This document shows, piece by piece, positions 39,809 through 50,293 of a DNA stretch of 64,000 nucleotides. Numbering within the stretch: the first letter of the stretch is position 1; each line of letters begins with the position of its first letter. The stretch spans positions 540,608 through 604,607 of the forward strand of contig JAJZUS010000001.1 in NCBI GenBank assembly GCA_021848365.1, read 5' to 3'. The translations under genes were made by a program, and so were the position numbers. This DNA is from Actinomycetes bacterium (lineage in GTDB: Bacteria; Actinomycetota; Acidimicrobiia; Acidimicrobiales; RAAP-2). The notes below the pieces were generated by a model, which saw only the letters and a list, made by a program, of their open reading frames with translations, did not search any database and was not told the DNA's origin.

Positions 39809-40101
39809 GCGATCAGGCCGCGCCGGCGGGCGGCCAGCCACTGCTTGCGCAGCTTGCGGCGCTCGTCCTCGCTCGTCCCGCCCCAGACGCCCGACTCCTG
39901 GTTGGTCGCCAGGGCGAACTCGAGGCAGGCCTTCTGGGCGTCGCACTTGTCGCAGACGCGCTTCGCGGACTCGATCTGATCGGTCGCGACGCCGGTCGTG
40001 CCGACGGGGAAGAAGAGCTCGGGGGTCGTGTTCCGGCACGCCGCACGGGTGCGCCAGTCCGACTCGTCCCACGCGTAGGTGCGGTTCCAGATGAGCGACA
40101 T
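39805..40101 (-). CDS. whiB1: WhiB-family Fe-S transcription factor (WhiB1-like)
   Basis: WRTRAAC..PELFFPVG..AKRVCDKC..CLEFAL..GVWGGTSEDERR; four Cys; near pdtaS as in mycobacteria. Confidence 0.92.
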   Translation of the reverse strand: MSLIWNRTYAWDESDWRTRAACRNTTPELFFPVGTTGVATDQIESAKRVCDKCDAQKACLEFALATNQESGVWGGTSEDERRKLRKQWLAARRRGLIA

Positions 40102-40156
40102 TCGGGGGGTCCTTCTGTGGAGCGCCGGGCGGGGGGGGTTGGCGTCCCGGGGGGAA

Positions 40157-40185
40157 ATTTTACCGGGTGACGGCTCGGTGAACAA
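40157..40185 (-). promoter_or_regulatory. Sigma-A type promoter of whiB
   Basis: On the minus strand, TTGTTC (40185-40180), 17-nt spacer, TAAAAT (40162-40157). Confidence 0.65.
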
Positions 40186-40222
40186 GGGGTAGCCGGGGTC
40201 ATTTGCCTGAGAGACTGGGACC

Positions 40223-40924
40223 GTGACCCTCATCGTCGCCCACCGGGGCCGCCACGACCAGCTGCGCGAGAACACCCTCGCCGCCTTCGCCGCCGCCCGG
40301 GAGGCGGGGGCCGACGCCGTCGAGCTCGACGTGCGCCGCAGCGCCGACGGCGTCCTCGTCGTCCACCACGACCCGGTTCGCGACGGCCGGCCGATCGCCG
40401 CGACGCCCCGGGCCGAGCTGCCCGGGGACGTGGCCGAGCTCCCCGACGCCCTGCGGGCGGCGGCGCCCCTCCCGGTGAACGTCGAGGTGAAGAATCTTCA
40501 GGAGCCCGACGGCGCCTACGACCCCTCGGGCGAGTTCGCCCGGGCCGTCGTCGCCGCGGTCGAGGGAACCCCGGGGCGCGGACCGGTCTTCTACTCGAGC
40601 TTCGACCTCGCCACGTGTCGGGACCTCGCGCGGGCGAGCGCCGACCCGGTCGGCTGGCTCCTCGACGTCGGCGAGCTCGACGCCACCGCCCTCGAGCGGG
40701 CGGCCGACGCGGGCCTCGCCGCCGTGCACCCCTACGTCGCCGACGTCACCGCCGAGCTCGTCGCGGCGGCCCACGACCGGGGCCTCGCGGTCCACGTCTG
40801 GACCGTCAACCGCGCGGGCGACCTCGAGCGGATGTTCGCCCTCGGCGTCGACTCGGTGATCACCGACGACGTCCCGTCGGCCCGGGTCCTGCGACCCGAC
40901 GAGGGGTCGGCGCGGCTGGCCTAG
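40223..40924 (+). CDS. Glycerophosphodiester phosphodiesterase
   Basis: AHRG, ENTLAAF, ELDV, HHD, NVEVK, VWTVN, ITD. Confidence 0.92.
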   Translation: MTLIVAHRGRHDQLRENTLAAFAAAREAGADAVELDVRRSADGVLVVHHDPVRDGRPIAATPRAELPGDVAELPDALRAAAPLPVNVEVKNLQEPDGAYDPSGEFARAVVAAVEGTPGRGPVFYSSFDLATCRDLARASADPVGWLLDVGELDATALERAADAGLAAVHPYVADVTAELVAAAHDRGLAVHVWTVNRAGDLERMFALGVDSVITDDVPSARVLRPDEGSARLA

Positions 40925-40934
40925 ATTGGGCCCC

Positions 40935-41708
40935 ATGAACGTAGTGGTGTGCGTCAAGCAGATCCCGGACCCCGCGGCGCCCGCGTCGCTCGATCCCTCC
41001 TTCAACCTCGACCGATCGGGCAAGCTGATCCTCGACGAGGCCGACACCTACGGGGTCGAGATGGCCCTGCAGCTGGTCGACGCGGCCGGCGGCGGTGAGG
41101 TCACGATCGTCTCCATGGGCTCGGCCGCCGACGTCGCGGGGCTGCGCACCGCGCTCGCCATGGGCGCGGCGAAGGCCGTCATCGTGAGCGACGACGGCCT
41201 GCGCGGGACCGACGCCCTCGGCACCGCGAAGGTGCTCGCGGCCGTCATCCGGCGCGACCTGCCCGACCTCGTGCTCTGCGCGACGGAGTCCTCCGACGGC
41301 TACACCGGCACCCTGCCGGTCCAGCTGGCCGAGCTCCTGGGCCTGCCCTCGATCACCTTCGCGAAGGCCGTGCGAATCGCCGACGGCACCGTGCGCGTCG
41401 ACCGCCAGACCGAGGCCGGCTACGACGAGGTGAGCGCCCCGCTTCCCGCCGTCGTCACGGTCACCGCCGGGGTCGTGGAGCCCCGCTACGCCTCCTTCAA
41501 GGGCATCATGGCCGCGAAGTCGAAGCCGGTCGAGATCCTCTCGGTCGCCGACCTCGGGCTCGCCGGCGAGGTCGGCAGCGCCGGGGCCCGCCAGGCGATC
41601 ACGTCGGTCGAGGCCGCCGAGGCCCGCCAGGCCGGCGAGAAGCACGTCGACGACGGCGACGGCGCCCAGAAGATCGTCGAGTTCCTCGAATCCCTCAAGG
41701 TCCTGTAG
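40935..41708 (+). CDS. etfB: Electron transfer flavoprotein beta subunit
   Basis: [38 protein letters not shown]; ATG 7 nt after TAGATT. Confidence 0.95.
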   Translation: MNVVVCVKQIPDPAAPASLDPSFNLDRSGKLILDEADTYGVEMALQLVDAAGGGEVTIVSMGSAADVAGLRTALAMGAAKAVIVSDDGLRGTDALGTAKVLAAVIRRDLPDLVLCATESSDGYTGTLPVQLAELLGLPSITFAKAVRIADGTVRVDRQTEAGYDEVSAPLPAVVTVTAGVVEPRYASFKGIMAAKSKPVEILSVADLGLAGEVGSAGARQAITSVEAAEARQAGEKHVDDGDGAQKIVEFLESLKVL

Positions 41709-41719
41709 GAGGCCCGATC

Positions 41720-42676
41720 ATGACCCTCTCCACCCTCTGGGTCGTCGCCGAACCCGCGGGCGACGGACTGTCGACCACCTCCCTCGAACTGCTGAGCGCC
41801 GCACGCGGCCTCGCCACCACGGTCGCCGCCATCACCTGGGGCCCCGGCGACCACGCCGCCCAGGCCGGCGAGTACGGGGCGAGCACGCTCTACTCGGTCG
41901 GCGACCTCGACGGCGCGCTGCCCGGGGTCCCGGTCGCCGCGGCCCTGGCGGCCCTCGTCGCCGCGGGGGCTCCCGACGCCATCCTCGTGCCGGCCAGCTA
42001 CGACGGCCGTGACATCGCCGGACGGCTCTCGGCCCGTCTCGACCGGCCCGTCCTCACCAACGTGACCGGCCTCGCCGACGACGGCGGGCTGGCGACGGAG
42101 CACCCGATCTTCGGCGGCACCCAGGTCGTGCGGGCTCGCTTCACCGCACAGGGCCCGGGCATCGTCGTCGTGCGCGCCAAGTCCTTCGCGGCCGAGTCCG
42201 CGGGCGGCGCCCCGGCGAGCGTCCAGGCGGCCCCCGTCGGCGAGCTCGGCCCCGAGGGGGCGGCTCGCGTCACGGCGAGCCACGTCGAGGAGCGCACCGG
42301 CCCGAAGCTCGAGGAGGCCGCCGTCGTCGTGTCGGGCGGCCGCGGGCTCGGCGAGGCCGCGGCCTACGCGATGGTCGAGGAGCTCGCTCGCCTGCTCCAC
42401 GGCGCCCCCGGCGCCTCGCGGGCCATCGTCGACGCCGGCTGGGTCCCCTACGCCTACCAGGTCGGCCAGACCGGCAAGACCGTGAAGCCCTCCGTCTACC
42501 TCGCCTGCGGGATCTCGGGCGCCACGCAGCACATGGTGGGGATGAAGGGCTCGAAGAACATCGTGGCCGTGAACAAGGACCCCGACGCCCCGATCTTCCA
42601 GATCGCCGACCTCGGGATCGTGGGCGACGTCCACAAGGTCCTGCCGGCGCTGATCGAGGCCCTGAAGTCCCGGTGA
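41720..42676 (+). CDS. etfA: Electron transfer flavoprotein alpha subunit
   Basis: [45 protein letters not shown]. Confidence 0.96.
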   Translation: MTLSTLWVVAEPAGDGLSTTSLELLSAARGLATTVAAITWGPGDHAAQAGEYGASTLYSVGDLDGALPGVPVAAALAALVAAGAPDAILVPASYDGRDIAGRLSARLDRPVLTNVTGLADDGGLATEHPIFGGTQVVRARFTAQGPGIVVVRAKSFAAESAGGAPASVQAAPVGELGPEGAARVTASHVEERTGPKLEEAAVVVSGGRGLGEAAAYAMVEELARLLHGAPGASRAIVDAGWVPYAYQVGQTGKTVKPSVYLACGISGATQHMVGMKGSKNIVAVNKDPDAPIFQIADLGIVGDVHKVLPALIEALKSR

Positions 42677-42717
42677 GTCGTCGGCGCGGCGCGTCGGTGG
42701 GGTCCTAGGCTCGACCG

Positions 42718-44166
42718 GTGGGGCCCGAGCAGAGTCGACGGCGGTGGCTGACCCTGGCCGTCCTCGGGGTCACCCAGCTGATGGTGACCCTCGACGCCAC
42801 GATCATCAACATCGCCCTGCCCCGGGCCCAGGTGGCCCTCTCGTTCTCGGCCGCCGACCGCGAGTGGGTCGTCACGGCCTACGCCCTGAGCTTCGGGTCC
42901 CTCCTGCTGCTCGGCGGGCGCCTCGGGGACCTCTGGGGACGCCGCACCGCGCTGCTCGTCGGCCTCGTCGGCTTCGCCGGGGCGAGCGCCGTCGGAGGCG
43001 CCGCCACGAGCTTCACGATGCTGGTGAGCGCGCGGGCCGTCCAGGGGGCCTTCGGGGCGATTCTCGCCCCGGCCGCCCTCGCCGCCCTCACGACGGCCTT
43101 CACCGACCCCGACGAGCGGGCGCGCGCCTTCTCCATCTACGGGGCCCTCGCGGGCTCGGGGGCGGCCATCGGGCTGATCCTCGGCGGGGCGCTCACCCAG
43201 TGGGCGTCGTGGCGCTGGTGCCTCTACGTCAACCTCGTCTTCGCCCTCGTCGCCGTCGTCGGGGTCATCCCGCTGGTGCCGGGCGGGCGCGGGCCCTACC
43301 ACCGGCACGTGGACCTCCTCGGTGCCGTGCTCGGCTCGGCCGGACTCTTCGGCGTCGTCTACGGGCTGAGCCACGCCGTCACGGCCTCGTGGTCGGCGAC
43401 CCTCTCCTGGGGCTCGATCGTCGCCGGGGCCGTCGTGCTGGTGCTCTTCGTCCTCGCCGAGCGCCGCTCGTCCCACCCCCTCCTGCCGTTGCGGGTGGTG
43501 CTCGACCGGGCCCGCGGGGGCTCGCTCGCCGGGCTCTTCCTCACTAACCTCGCCCTCTTCGGGGCCGGGCTCTTCCTCGCCTACTACCTCGAGAACTCGC
43601 TCGGCTACTCCCCGCTGCGCACCGGGATCGCCTTCTTGCCGATGGTCGCCGCCATCGCCGTCTCGGCCCAGGTCGCGGCGGCCCGGCTCATCACCCTCTC
43701 GGGCCCCCGGCCCCTGGTGCCGGCCGGCATGCTGCTCGCGGCCCTCGGGCTGATCCTCTTCACGCGGCTGCCGCTGCGGGCCGACTACCTGGGCGACGTG
43801 CTGCCCGGGCTCGTCCTGCTCGGCCTCGGGCTCGGCCTCGTCTTCGCGCCGGGGATCGCCACCGCGACCGGCCGCGTCGCCCCCGCCGACGCCGGCGCCG
43901 CCTCGGCCAGCGTCAACACCGTCCAGCAGGTGGGGGGGTCGGTCGGCACGGCCCTGCTCAACACCCTGGCCGTCGACGCGACGGCCCGGTCGCTGAGCGG
44001 CGGCGGGGGCTCCGCACTCGCCGCGGCCCGGGCCGCCCTCCACGGCTTCGCCGTCGCCTACGGCTGGGCGGCGGGCATCCTGCTCGGCGGAGCGCTGGTG
44101 CTCGTCGTCCTGCTGCCCTCGGTCGGGTCGCTCAGCGCGCCCCGGGTCGATCAGGCGAGCGAGTAG
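42718..44166 (+). CDS. MFS drug:H+ antiporter (DHA2, EmrB/QacA)
   Basis: [41 protein letters not shown]; about 14 TM. Confidence 0.93.
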   Translation: MGPEQSRRRWLTLAVLGVTQLMVTLDATIINIALPRAQVALSFSAADREWVVTAYALSFGSLLLLGGRLGDLWGRRTALLVGLVGFAGASAVGGAATSFTMLVSARAVQGAFGAILAPAALAALTTAFTDPDERARAFSIYGALAGSGAAIGLILGGALTQWASWRWCLYVNLVFALVAVVGVIPLVPGGRGPYHRHVDLLGAVLGSAGLFGVVYGLSHAVTASWSATLSWGSIVAGAVVLVLFVLAERRSSHPLLPLRVVLDRARGGSLAGLFLTNLALFGAGLFLAYYLENSLGYSPLRTGIAFLPMVAAIAVSAQVAAARLITLSGPRPLVPAGMLLAALGLILFTRLPLRADYLGDVLPGLVLLGLGLGLVFAPGIATATGRVAPADAGAASASVNTVQQVGGSVGTALLNTLAVDATARSLSGGGGSALAAARAALHGFAVAYGWAAGILLGGALVLVVLLPSVGSLSAPRVDQASE

Positions 44167-44867
44167 ACGACCTCGACGCTGACGCTGAGCGTCTGGGTGC
44201 CCGGCGAGACGGGCACCACGGCTCCGGCCCGCGCGGCCGACGCGTTGAAGACGACGGGGGAGGGCCAGAGGACCGGCGCGGTGTTCTCCTGGTCGACGAG
44301 GGAGACGACCCCGCCCAGGGAGCGGCCGGCCGCCCGCGCGATCTCCTCGCCCGCTCGGTGCGCGGCGGCGACGGCGTTCGCGCGGGCCCGCGCCAGGGCC
44401 GCCGACGACGACGAGAGCGAGAAGCTGACCCCGCTCAGCTGGGCGGCGTTGCCCGCGGCGGTCGCCACGTCCCCGAGGAGTCGCCCGAGGCGGGCCACCT
44501 CGTGCGTGGTGATCGTCAGCTGGTTGTCGGCCTGGTAGCCGGTGACCCGTCCCCGGGCGTCGGTGAGGGGCTGGAGCGAGAGGTTGGTCGTGGAGAGTCC
44601 CGACGCCGGCAGGCCGTCGGCCCGGGCCGCCGCCGTGACCGTCCGGGTCCGGGCGTCGTTGGTCGCCAGCGCGGCGGCGTTCGACGCGCCGGTGGTGACG
44701 ACGTCGACGGTGAAGGTCGCGGTGTCGGGCGCGGCCGTCGCGGTGCCCGAACCGGTCACCCGCAGGGTGGCGGTCGCGGGCCGGTGGGCGAGGTAGCCGA
44801 CCCCCACCCCGACGACGAGGACGACGAGGACGAGGGTGAGGACGGTGAGGGTGCGAGAGCGGGACAC
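44151..44867 (-). CDS. SIMPL (DUF541) domain exported protein
   Basis: N-terminal TM; [14 protein letters not shown]; GYQADNQL; [25 protein letters not shown]. Confidence 0.85.
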   Translation of the reverse strand: MSRSRTLTVLTLVLVVLVVGVGVGYLAHRPATATLRVTGSGTATAAPDTATFTVDVVTTGASNAAALATNDARTRTVTAAARADGLPASGLSTTNLSLQPLTDARGRVTGYQADNQLTITTHEVARLGRLLGDVATAAGNAAQLSGVSFSLSSSSAALARARANAVAAAHRAGEEIARAAGRSLGGVVSLVDQENTAPVLWPSPVVFNASAARAGAVVPVSPGTQTLSVSVEVVYSLA

Positions 44868-44941
44868 GGGACTCCTTTCACCGGGGTTCTGTCCGCTCGG
44901 CCCCTCCGACTACCGCCCTATCCGGGGCGCCCGCTCGGACC

Positions 44942-45646
44942 TCACACGAGGGGCCAGGGGTAGGGCGGCCAGGGCCGGTCCTCGTCGGGGAGGGGGAAGC
45001 GGCCCGAGCGCGCGAGGGCGTCGGCCCGGTCGAGGGTGAGGGCGACCTCGGCGGGGCTCAGCCACTCGACGAGGCCCCCACCGTCGCTCGTCGCCACCCG
45101 GCGGGCGAGCTCGATCAGCCCCTCGTCGAGCTCCTCGCCGGCCCAGTCCCAGATGACGGTGCGCAGCTTCTCCTCCTCGTGGAAGCAGAGGCCGTTGTCG
45201 ATGGCCCAGGGGTGGACGCCGTCGAAGAGGACGTGCCCCGACTTGCGATCGGCGTTGTTGGCGATGGCGTCGACGACGCAGAGCGTCCGGAGCCACCCCG
45301 CGAGCTCGGGTCGGTCGCGCAGCGTGAAGTAGTGGTCGCCCTCGTGCTCGATCCACCACTGGAGCGACCCCGGTCCGAAGGGCAGGTCCTCGCGGCCGAC
45401 GGTCGTGGGCACGAGCTCGGTCCCACAGAGCCGGTCGAGCTCGTAGGCGGCGACCTCGCGCCGCCAGAGGCCGTCGGGGAAGTCCCACAGCGGGCGCTCG
45501 CCGGCCTCGGCCTTGTAGCAGGCGAGGGCCGTCGCGCCGTCGAGGCTCACGCTCACGAGGAGGGCCTGGTTGGAGGATCCGGCGATGCGCCCCTCGACGG
45601 CGATCTCGCCGTGCGACAGGAGCTCGCGCTGGTCGACCCGCTCCAC
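44942..45646 (-). CDS. SCO1664-family protein (PI3/4-kinase-like fold)
   Basis: YKAEAGERPLWDFPDG-LWRREVAAY, GPGSLQWW, NNADRKSGH, IDNGLCF. Confidence 0.9.
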   Translation of the reverse strand: MERVDQRELLSHGEIAVEGRIAGSSNQALLVSVSLDGATALACYKAEAGERPLWDFPDGLWRREVAAYELDRLCGTELVPTTVGREDLPFGPGSLQWWIEHEGDHYFTLRDRPELAGWLRTLCVVDAIANNADRKSGHVLFDGVHPWAIDNGLCFHEEEKLRTVIWDWAGEELDEGLIELARRVATSDGGGLVEWLSPAEVALTLDRADALARSGRFPLPDEDRPWPPYPWPLV

Positions 45647-45652
45647 GACCGC

Positions 45653-46132
45653 CTAGCGCCGCGGCGCGCGGTGTCCGTTGGTGCGCGGGCAGTCGTGACC
45701 GCGCGGGTCGAGGGGCAGCCCGCATAGGGGGCACGGTGGCCGACCGGCCTCGACGAGCCGCGTGACCGCGATGGCGAGGGCGCCGGCCCACTCCCTGGTG
45801 AGGGTGAGGACGAGCTCGTCCTCGTCCTCGATCCCGCGGAAGGTCACCTCGAGGGTGGCACTCTCCTCGTCGAGGGCGACGACGATCTCGCCGGCGTCGA
45901 AGTCGGACTCGTACTCGGGCTCGAGGGCGAGGTCCTCGGGCAGGTGTCCGGGCCGGCCGAGCGTGTCGAGCACCTCGCCGATCCAGGTCGCGAGGGCGGC
46001 GAGCTGCTGCTTCTCGCACTTCACGATGACGAGGCGCCGCCCCTGGCGGGCCTGGAGGAGGAAGCGCCGCTCGCCGACGGGGCCGTGGGTGCCGACCATG
46101 ACCCGGTCGGGGGCGTCGAAGACGTGGATCAT
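45653..46132 (-). CDS. DUF3090 family protein
   Basis: VMVGTHGPVGERRFLLQA, EKQQLAALA, VEAGRPPCPLCGLPLDPRGHDCPRTNG. Confidence 0.9.
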   Translation of the reverse strand: MIHVFDAPDRVMVGTHGPVGERRFLLQARQGRRLVIVKCEKQQLAALATWIGEVLDTLGRPGHLPEDLALEPEYESDFDAGEIVVALDEESATLEVTFRGIEDEDELVLTLTREWAGALAIAVTRLVEAGRPPCPLCGLPLDPRGHDCPRTNGHRAPRR

Positions 46133-46749
46133 CCGAGGACCTCCGCGAGCGCGCCGGCGTTGACGCACAGCGCCACCGGGGCGCCCGCGCCGAGGGCGAG
46201 GGCCGAGACCGAGCAGGTCCCGATCACGGTGCGCTGGAAGAGGTCGAGGGGCACGCCCTGGGCGTAGGTGACGGCGGCCTTGATGGGGTCGGCGTGGGAG
46301 ACGGCGACGACCGTCTCGCCGGGGTGGCGGGCGGCGAGGGCCTCGAGGGCGTCCCAGATGCGTCGCTGCATCTCGGCGAAGGACTCCCCGGCGGGGAAGC
46401 GGAAGGCGCTCGGGGCGTGCTGGACGAGTCGCCACTCGCGACGCCGGCGCAGCCGGGCGAGGGACTCGCCGGTCCACTCCCCGAAGTCGCACTCGAGGAG
46501 GCCCCGCTCGACGCGGGGCCGCAGCCCGAGGGCCCGCCCGATGGGGGCGGCCGTCTCGCGGGCCCGCTCGAGGGGGGAGCAGTAGAGGGTGCTCGGGCGC
46601 TGGCGGAGGGTGGCGAGCTGCTCCGCCACCCGTTCGGCCTGGGCCCGCCCGCGCTCGGAGAGGTGGAGCCCGGGCGCCCGACCGGGTAGGACCGACCCGG
46701 TGGTCGCGGTCTGGCCGTGACGGACCAGGAGGATCGTGGTGGGGCGCAC
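46129..46749 (-). CDS. Histidine phosphatase (MSMEG_4193-family putative phosphomutase)
   Basis: LLVRHGQT, SPLERARETA, ECDFGEWTG, VSHADPIK; GTG 7 nt after TAGCAT. Confidence 0.9.
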   Translation of the reverse strand: MRPTTILLVRHGQTATTGSVLPGRAPGLHLSERGRAQAERVAEQLATLRQRPSTLYCSPLERARETAAPIGRALGLRPRVERGLLECDFGEWTGESLARLRRRREWRLVQHAPSAFRFPAGESFAEMQRRIWDALEALAARHPGETVVAVSHADPIKAAVTYAQGVPLDLFQRTVIGTCSVSALALGAGAPVALCVNAGALAEVLG

Positions 46750-46766
46750 GGCGCCGATGCTACCGG

Positions 46767-47888
46767 TCACCCCGGACGGACCGGGAGGCGCCGCGGGCCG
46801 GGGTCGGCCGACTCGGGCCAGCGCCGGCGCGAGACCGTGGCGAGCTTGCGCAGGAGGGCGACGGCGCCGGGGTCCTCGTCCCCGGGGCGGACCTCGATGC
46901 GCCCGGCGGCGGCGAGGCCCGCGACGAGGGAGCGCCCGAGCTCGGTGCGCACGATGACGAGCGTCCAGTCGTTGTCGGCCCCGATGCCGCCGGCCGACAG
47001 GTCGGCGTGCTCGGCGGCGAAGTCGGGGCAGTGGAGGCAGCCCTCGCGGGTGAACTCGTGGGCCTCCTTGAGGGGCACCTCGTGGACGGCCCCGTCGCGG
47101 GTCCAGATCTGGAAGACGCCCTTGATGTTCATCTTCACGATCTCGGCGCGGGCGATGCCGTAGCGGGCCTCGAAGAGCTCGTCGAAGATCCGGTCGTCGA
47201 AGGTCTTCGAGCAGAGGAGTCCGATCGTGAGGCTGAGCCGTCGCGCGATCTTGCCGGACTTGCGGACCTGCATCACGCCGGGCGCACTCGCCATGCAGCC
47301 CATGCCCACCAGGGCGATGCGCTCGGCTCCGCCCTCGGCGGCGGCGGGGTAGGCGAGGAGGTTGGCGCTGTAGGTGTAGCGCGAGCCGGCGGTGGCGAGG
47401 ACCTCCTCGCGGGTCCGCACGACGGCCGGCTCGGCCCGCCACTGGCCGTCGCCCGAGAGCGCGCTGACGAGGGCCGCGTCGACGAGGTCGTTCTCCAGCG
47501 CGTAGACGAGCGCGGCCGAGACGAAACCGCCGTCCTGTCCGGCCGCGGCCTCCTCGGGGTCGGTCGCCCGGGCGAGGAGGACGTCGCCGACGCCGTAGAC
47601 CTCGTCGTCGTGACGCTCGCGCCCGGCCCGGTGGACGTCGATCTCGCGCTCCCAGGTCCGAAAGCGCGGACAGGCCCGGGTGCACATGGTGCAGCCGCGC
47701 TCGCCGTGGGTGCAGTCGGACCGTCCACCGTCGGCGTCCACGTGCCAGGGTCGGTAGGTCCCCGGCGGGTCGTCGTACTCGAGGACGTCGTGAGGGCAGG
47801 CCACCACGCAGGCCGCGCACCCGGTGCAGAGCCCCGAGGTGACGACCTCGCTGAAGAGCTCCTTCCAGTGGGGCTTCTCGACGGGCAC
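46767..47888 (-). CDS. Coenzyme F420 hydrogenase/dehydrogenase beta-subunit (FrhB) family protein with N-terminal ferredoxin domain
   Basis: CTGCAACVVACP and CTMCTRACP; GQDGGFVSAAL, GSRYTYS, VGMGC, GLLCSKTF, CLHCPDF. Confidence 0.88.
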   Translation of the reverse strand: MPVEKPHWKELFSEVVTSGLCTGCAACVVACPHDVLEYDDPPGTYRPWHVDADGGRSDCTHGERGCTMCTRACPRFRTWEREIDVHRAGRERHDDEVYGVGDVLLARATDPEEAAAGQDGGFVSAALVYALENDLVDAALVSALSGDGQWRAEPAVVRTREEVLATAGSRYTYSANLLAYPAAAEGGAERIALVGMGCMASAPGVMQVRKSGKIARRLSLTIGLLCSKTFDDRIFDELFEARYGIARAEIVKMNIKGVFQIWTRDGAVHEVPLKEAHEFTREGCLHCPDFAAEHADLSAGGIGADNDWTLVIVRTELGRSLVAGLAAAGRIEVRPGDEDPGAVALLRKLATVSRRRWPESADPGPRRLPVRPG

Positions 47889-47924
47889 GGGTCCATGGTA
47901 GTGACCCCCCGCTACGCTGCCCCG

Positions 47925-48707
47925 GTGCCCGAAGTGCTCGAGGTCGAGTCGTACCGCGAACTCGCCGAGCGGGTGGTCGGGTCGCGCATCCGCGCGGCCG
48001 AGGCCGACCGCTACGCCGCCGCGAGGCTCGTCGCGCCGCGCGCCTTCGCGCAGGCCGCCGTCGGGCGGCGCGTGGTGGGCACCGGGCGGCGGGGCAAGCT
48101 GCTCTGGCTCGAGACCGACGGCGTGCGCCTCGGACTGCGCTTCGGGATGACCGGCGTCCTCCTCCTCGACGGCGAGGCGGGGATCGAGGGCCTCTTCTAC
48201 GGTCCCCACGGCTACCGGGACGAGTGGGTGCGCGCGAGCCTCACCCTCGACGACGGGCGCCGCCTGATCCTGCACGACCCGCGCCGCCTCGGTCGGGTGG
48301 AGATCGACCCGTCCCTCGAGGGCCTGGGCCCCGACGTCATCGGCCTCTCCCGCGCCGACTTCGACGCGGCCCTCGCGGTGCGCGGGGAGGGCCCCGCGGT
48401 GAAGGCCCGCCTCCTCGACCAGTCGATGGTCGCGGGGATCGGCAACCTGCTCGCCGACGAGATGCTCTTTCGGGCGGGCATCGATCCACGCACCCCCGTC
48501 GGCCGTCTCGACGTCGCGCGCCGCGCTCGCCTCTACCGGGCCCTCGGCCAGACGATCCGCACCCTGCGACGTCGCGGCGGCTCGCACACCGGGGACCACA
48601 TGATGGCCCGCCACCCCGACGGGCGCTGCCCGCGCGACGGGACGTCCCTCGCCGTCGCGACCGTCGGGGGCCGCACGACCTACTGGTGCCCGACTCACCA
48701 GCGCTGA
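47925..48707 (+). CDS. Fpg/Nei DNA glycosylase/AP lyase
   Basis: N-terminal PEVLEVE, RRGKLL, FGMTG, DPRRLG, GIGNLLADE (H2TH), zinc finger CPRDG..WCPTHQ. Confidence 0.92.
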   Translation: MPEVLEVESYRELAERVVGSRIRAAEADRYAAARLVAPRAFAQAAVGRRVVGTGRRGKLLWLETDGVRLGLRFGMTGVLLLDGEAGIEGLFYGPHGYRDEWVRASLTLDDGRRLILHDPRRLGRVEIDPSLEGLGPDVIGLSRADFDAALAVRGEGPAVKARLLDQSMVAGIGNLLADEMLFRAGIDPRTPVGRLDVARRARLYRALGQTIRTLRRRGGSHTGDHMMARHPDGRCPRDGTSLAVATVGGRTTYWCPTHQR

Positions 48708-48756
48708 ACGCCCGGCGCTGACGAGTCCGCGCGGACGTCTCGGCGCGACGTCCCGA

Positions 48757-50202
48757 TCAGACCTCGACGTGGACCCGAGACCGGCCCTCGCGCTTCGCCC
48801 GGTACATGGCCTGGTCGGCCGCGCGCAGCCAGCCGGCCGCGTCGTCGGCGGCGTCGCTCAGGGCGACGCCGATGCTCACCGAGGTCGCGAGGGTCGCCTC
48901 GCCGATCCGGAGCGGCTCGGCGACCCGCTCGGCGACCCGACGGGCGAGCTCGCGCGCCTCGGGCGTGCCGTGGACGCGACGGCAGATGGCGACAAACTCG
49001 TCGCCGCCGGGGCGGGCCACGAAGTCGTCCGGGCGCAGGGCGTCGCGCACCCGCTCCGCGACCACGCGCAGCAGAGCGTCGCCCACGTCGTGGCCGTAGG
49101 TGTCGTTGACCTCCTTGAACCGGTCGAGGTCGATGAAGAGGAGGGCGGCGGTCGAGCCGGAGGTGCGGGCCTCGTCGCGCGCCGCGGCGAGGGCGCTCGT
49201 GAAGCTCGCGCGGTTGGCGACGCCGGTGAGGGGGTCGGTCGCCGCCGCCGTCGCGAGTCGTCGCTCGCGGGCCCGGCGCTCCGTGGCGTCGCGCACCACG
49301 GCCGACACGGCCGTCGCGTGTCCCGCCTCGTCACTGAGGGGCGAGGCCGTCACCTCGACGGGGATCCCGCGCCCGTCGAGGTGACGGAACTCGGTCGTCG
49401 CGGCGACGATGGTCGCGCCGTCGCGGGCCCGGGCCCAGATCTCCGCGTTGCGCTCGACCGCCTCGTCGGTGTCGAGGAGGGCGACCGGGGCCCCGAGGAT
49501 CGTCGCCTCGGGATAGCCGAGGAGTTGCTCGGCCGCGGGGTTCCACGTCGTGACGGTGCCGCCGTTCACGGTGATGATGGCGTCGCCGCTCTGCTCGACG
49601 AGGGTCGCGAGTTGGCGCTCGAGGCGCTGGCGGCGGCGCTCGTCCTGGCCGTGGCGGCGCTGGAACCGTCGGTCGAGGGCGGTCGTGAGCAGTCCGAGCA
49701 GGACGAGTAGGACGACGGTGAGGGTGCGCACCGTGGTGCGCACGCGGGACGCGGTGGCGGCGAGGCTCGCGGCGTTCGCCGCCTCGTGGGTGGCCGTCTC
49801 GCCGAGGGCGTCCTCGAGACGGCGGGCCCGGGCCGCGGCGACGCTCGCCACGTGGCGGGCGTCGGTCGCCGAGTTCACGCTGAGGGCGGCGACGAAGTCG
49901 CGCTCGAGGAGTTGGAGGCGGGCGTCGTGGGTGTGGGCGACGGCGATGCCGAGGAGGGCCACCTCGCCGGGGGGGTAGGCGGCGTCGGTCGTGAGGGCGA
50001 CGACCTGGTCGAGGGCGACCTTGGCGGCCTGGGACCGGACCTGGCTGGCGCTCGCCCGGGTCGAGGCGGAGTCGGTCACCCGCCACCCGCCGACCAGGAT
50101 CACGACGGCGAGCGCGAGCGCCCCGACGGCGAGGGCCGGCCGGTCCGCCCGCTGCCACCACGTGACGGCCCGGCGGGGCGCGGTCTCGGGGCGAGTGACC
50201 AC
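48757..50202 (-). CDS. Membrane-anchored PAS-GGDEF diguanylate cyclase
   Basis: Two TMs, PAS (WNPAAEQLLGY), TDPLTGVANR, FIDLDRFKEVNDTYGHDVGD, RPDD I-site, RPGGDEF, ADQAMYRAK. Start approximate. Confidence 0.9.
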   Translation of the reverse strand: MVTRPETAPRRAVTWWQRADRPALAVGALALAVVILVGGWRVTDSASTRASASQVRSQAAKVALDQVVALTTDAAYPPGEVALLGIAVAHTHDARLQLLERDFVAALSVNSATDARHVASVAAARARRLEDALGETATHEAANAASLAATASRVRTTVRTLTVVLLVLLGLLTTALDRRFQRRHGQDERRRQRLERQLATLVEQSGDAIITVNGGTVTTWNPAAEQLLGYPEATILGAPVALLDTDEAVERNAEIWARARDGATIVAATTEFRHLDGRGIPVEVTASPLSDEAGHATAVSAVVRDATERRARERRLATAAATDPLTGVANRASFTSALAAARDEARTSGSTAALLFIDLDRFKEVNDTYGHDVGDALLRVVAERVRDALRPDDFVARPGGDEFVAICRRVHGTPEARELARRVAERVAEPLRIGEATLATSVSIGVALSDAADDAAGWLRAADQAMYRAKREGRSRVHVEV

Positions 50203-50293
50203 GACCCCACTATGGTCCGGCCCCCCGCGCACCGTCCAATGGCCGCCACCGGCCCGGCGCCCGCCCCGGGGCGGAATTTGGAAGAATGTCCGG

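Noticed and set aside
46767-47888. Part of a [NiFe] F420-reducing hydrogenase
   Set aside because: No large or small hydrogenase subunit or hyp maturation genes are adjacent.
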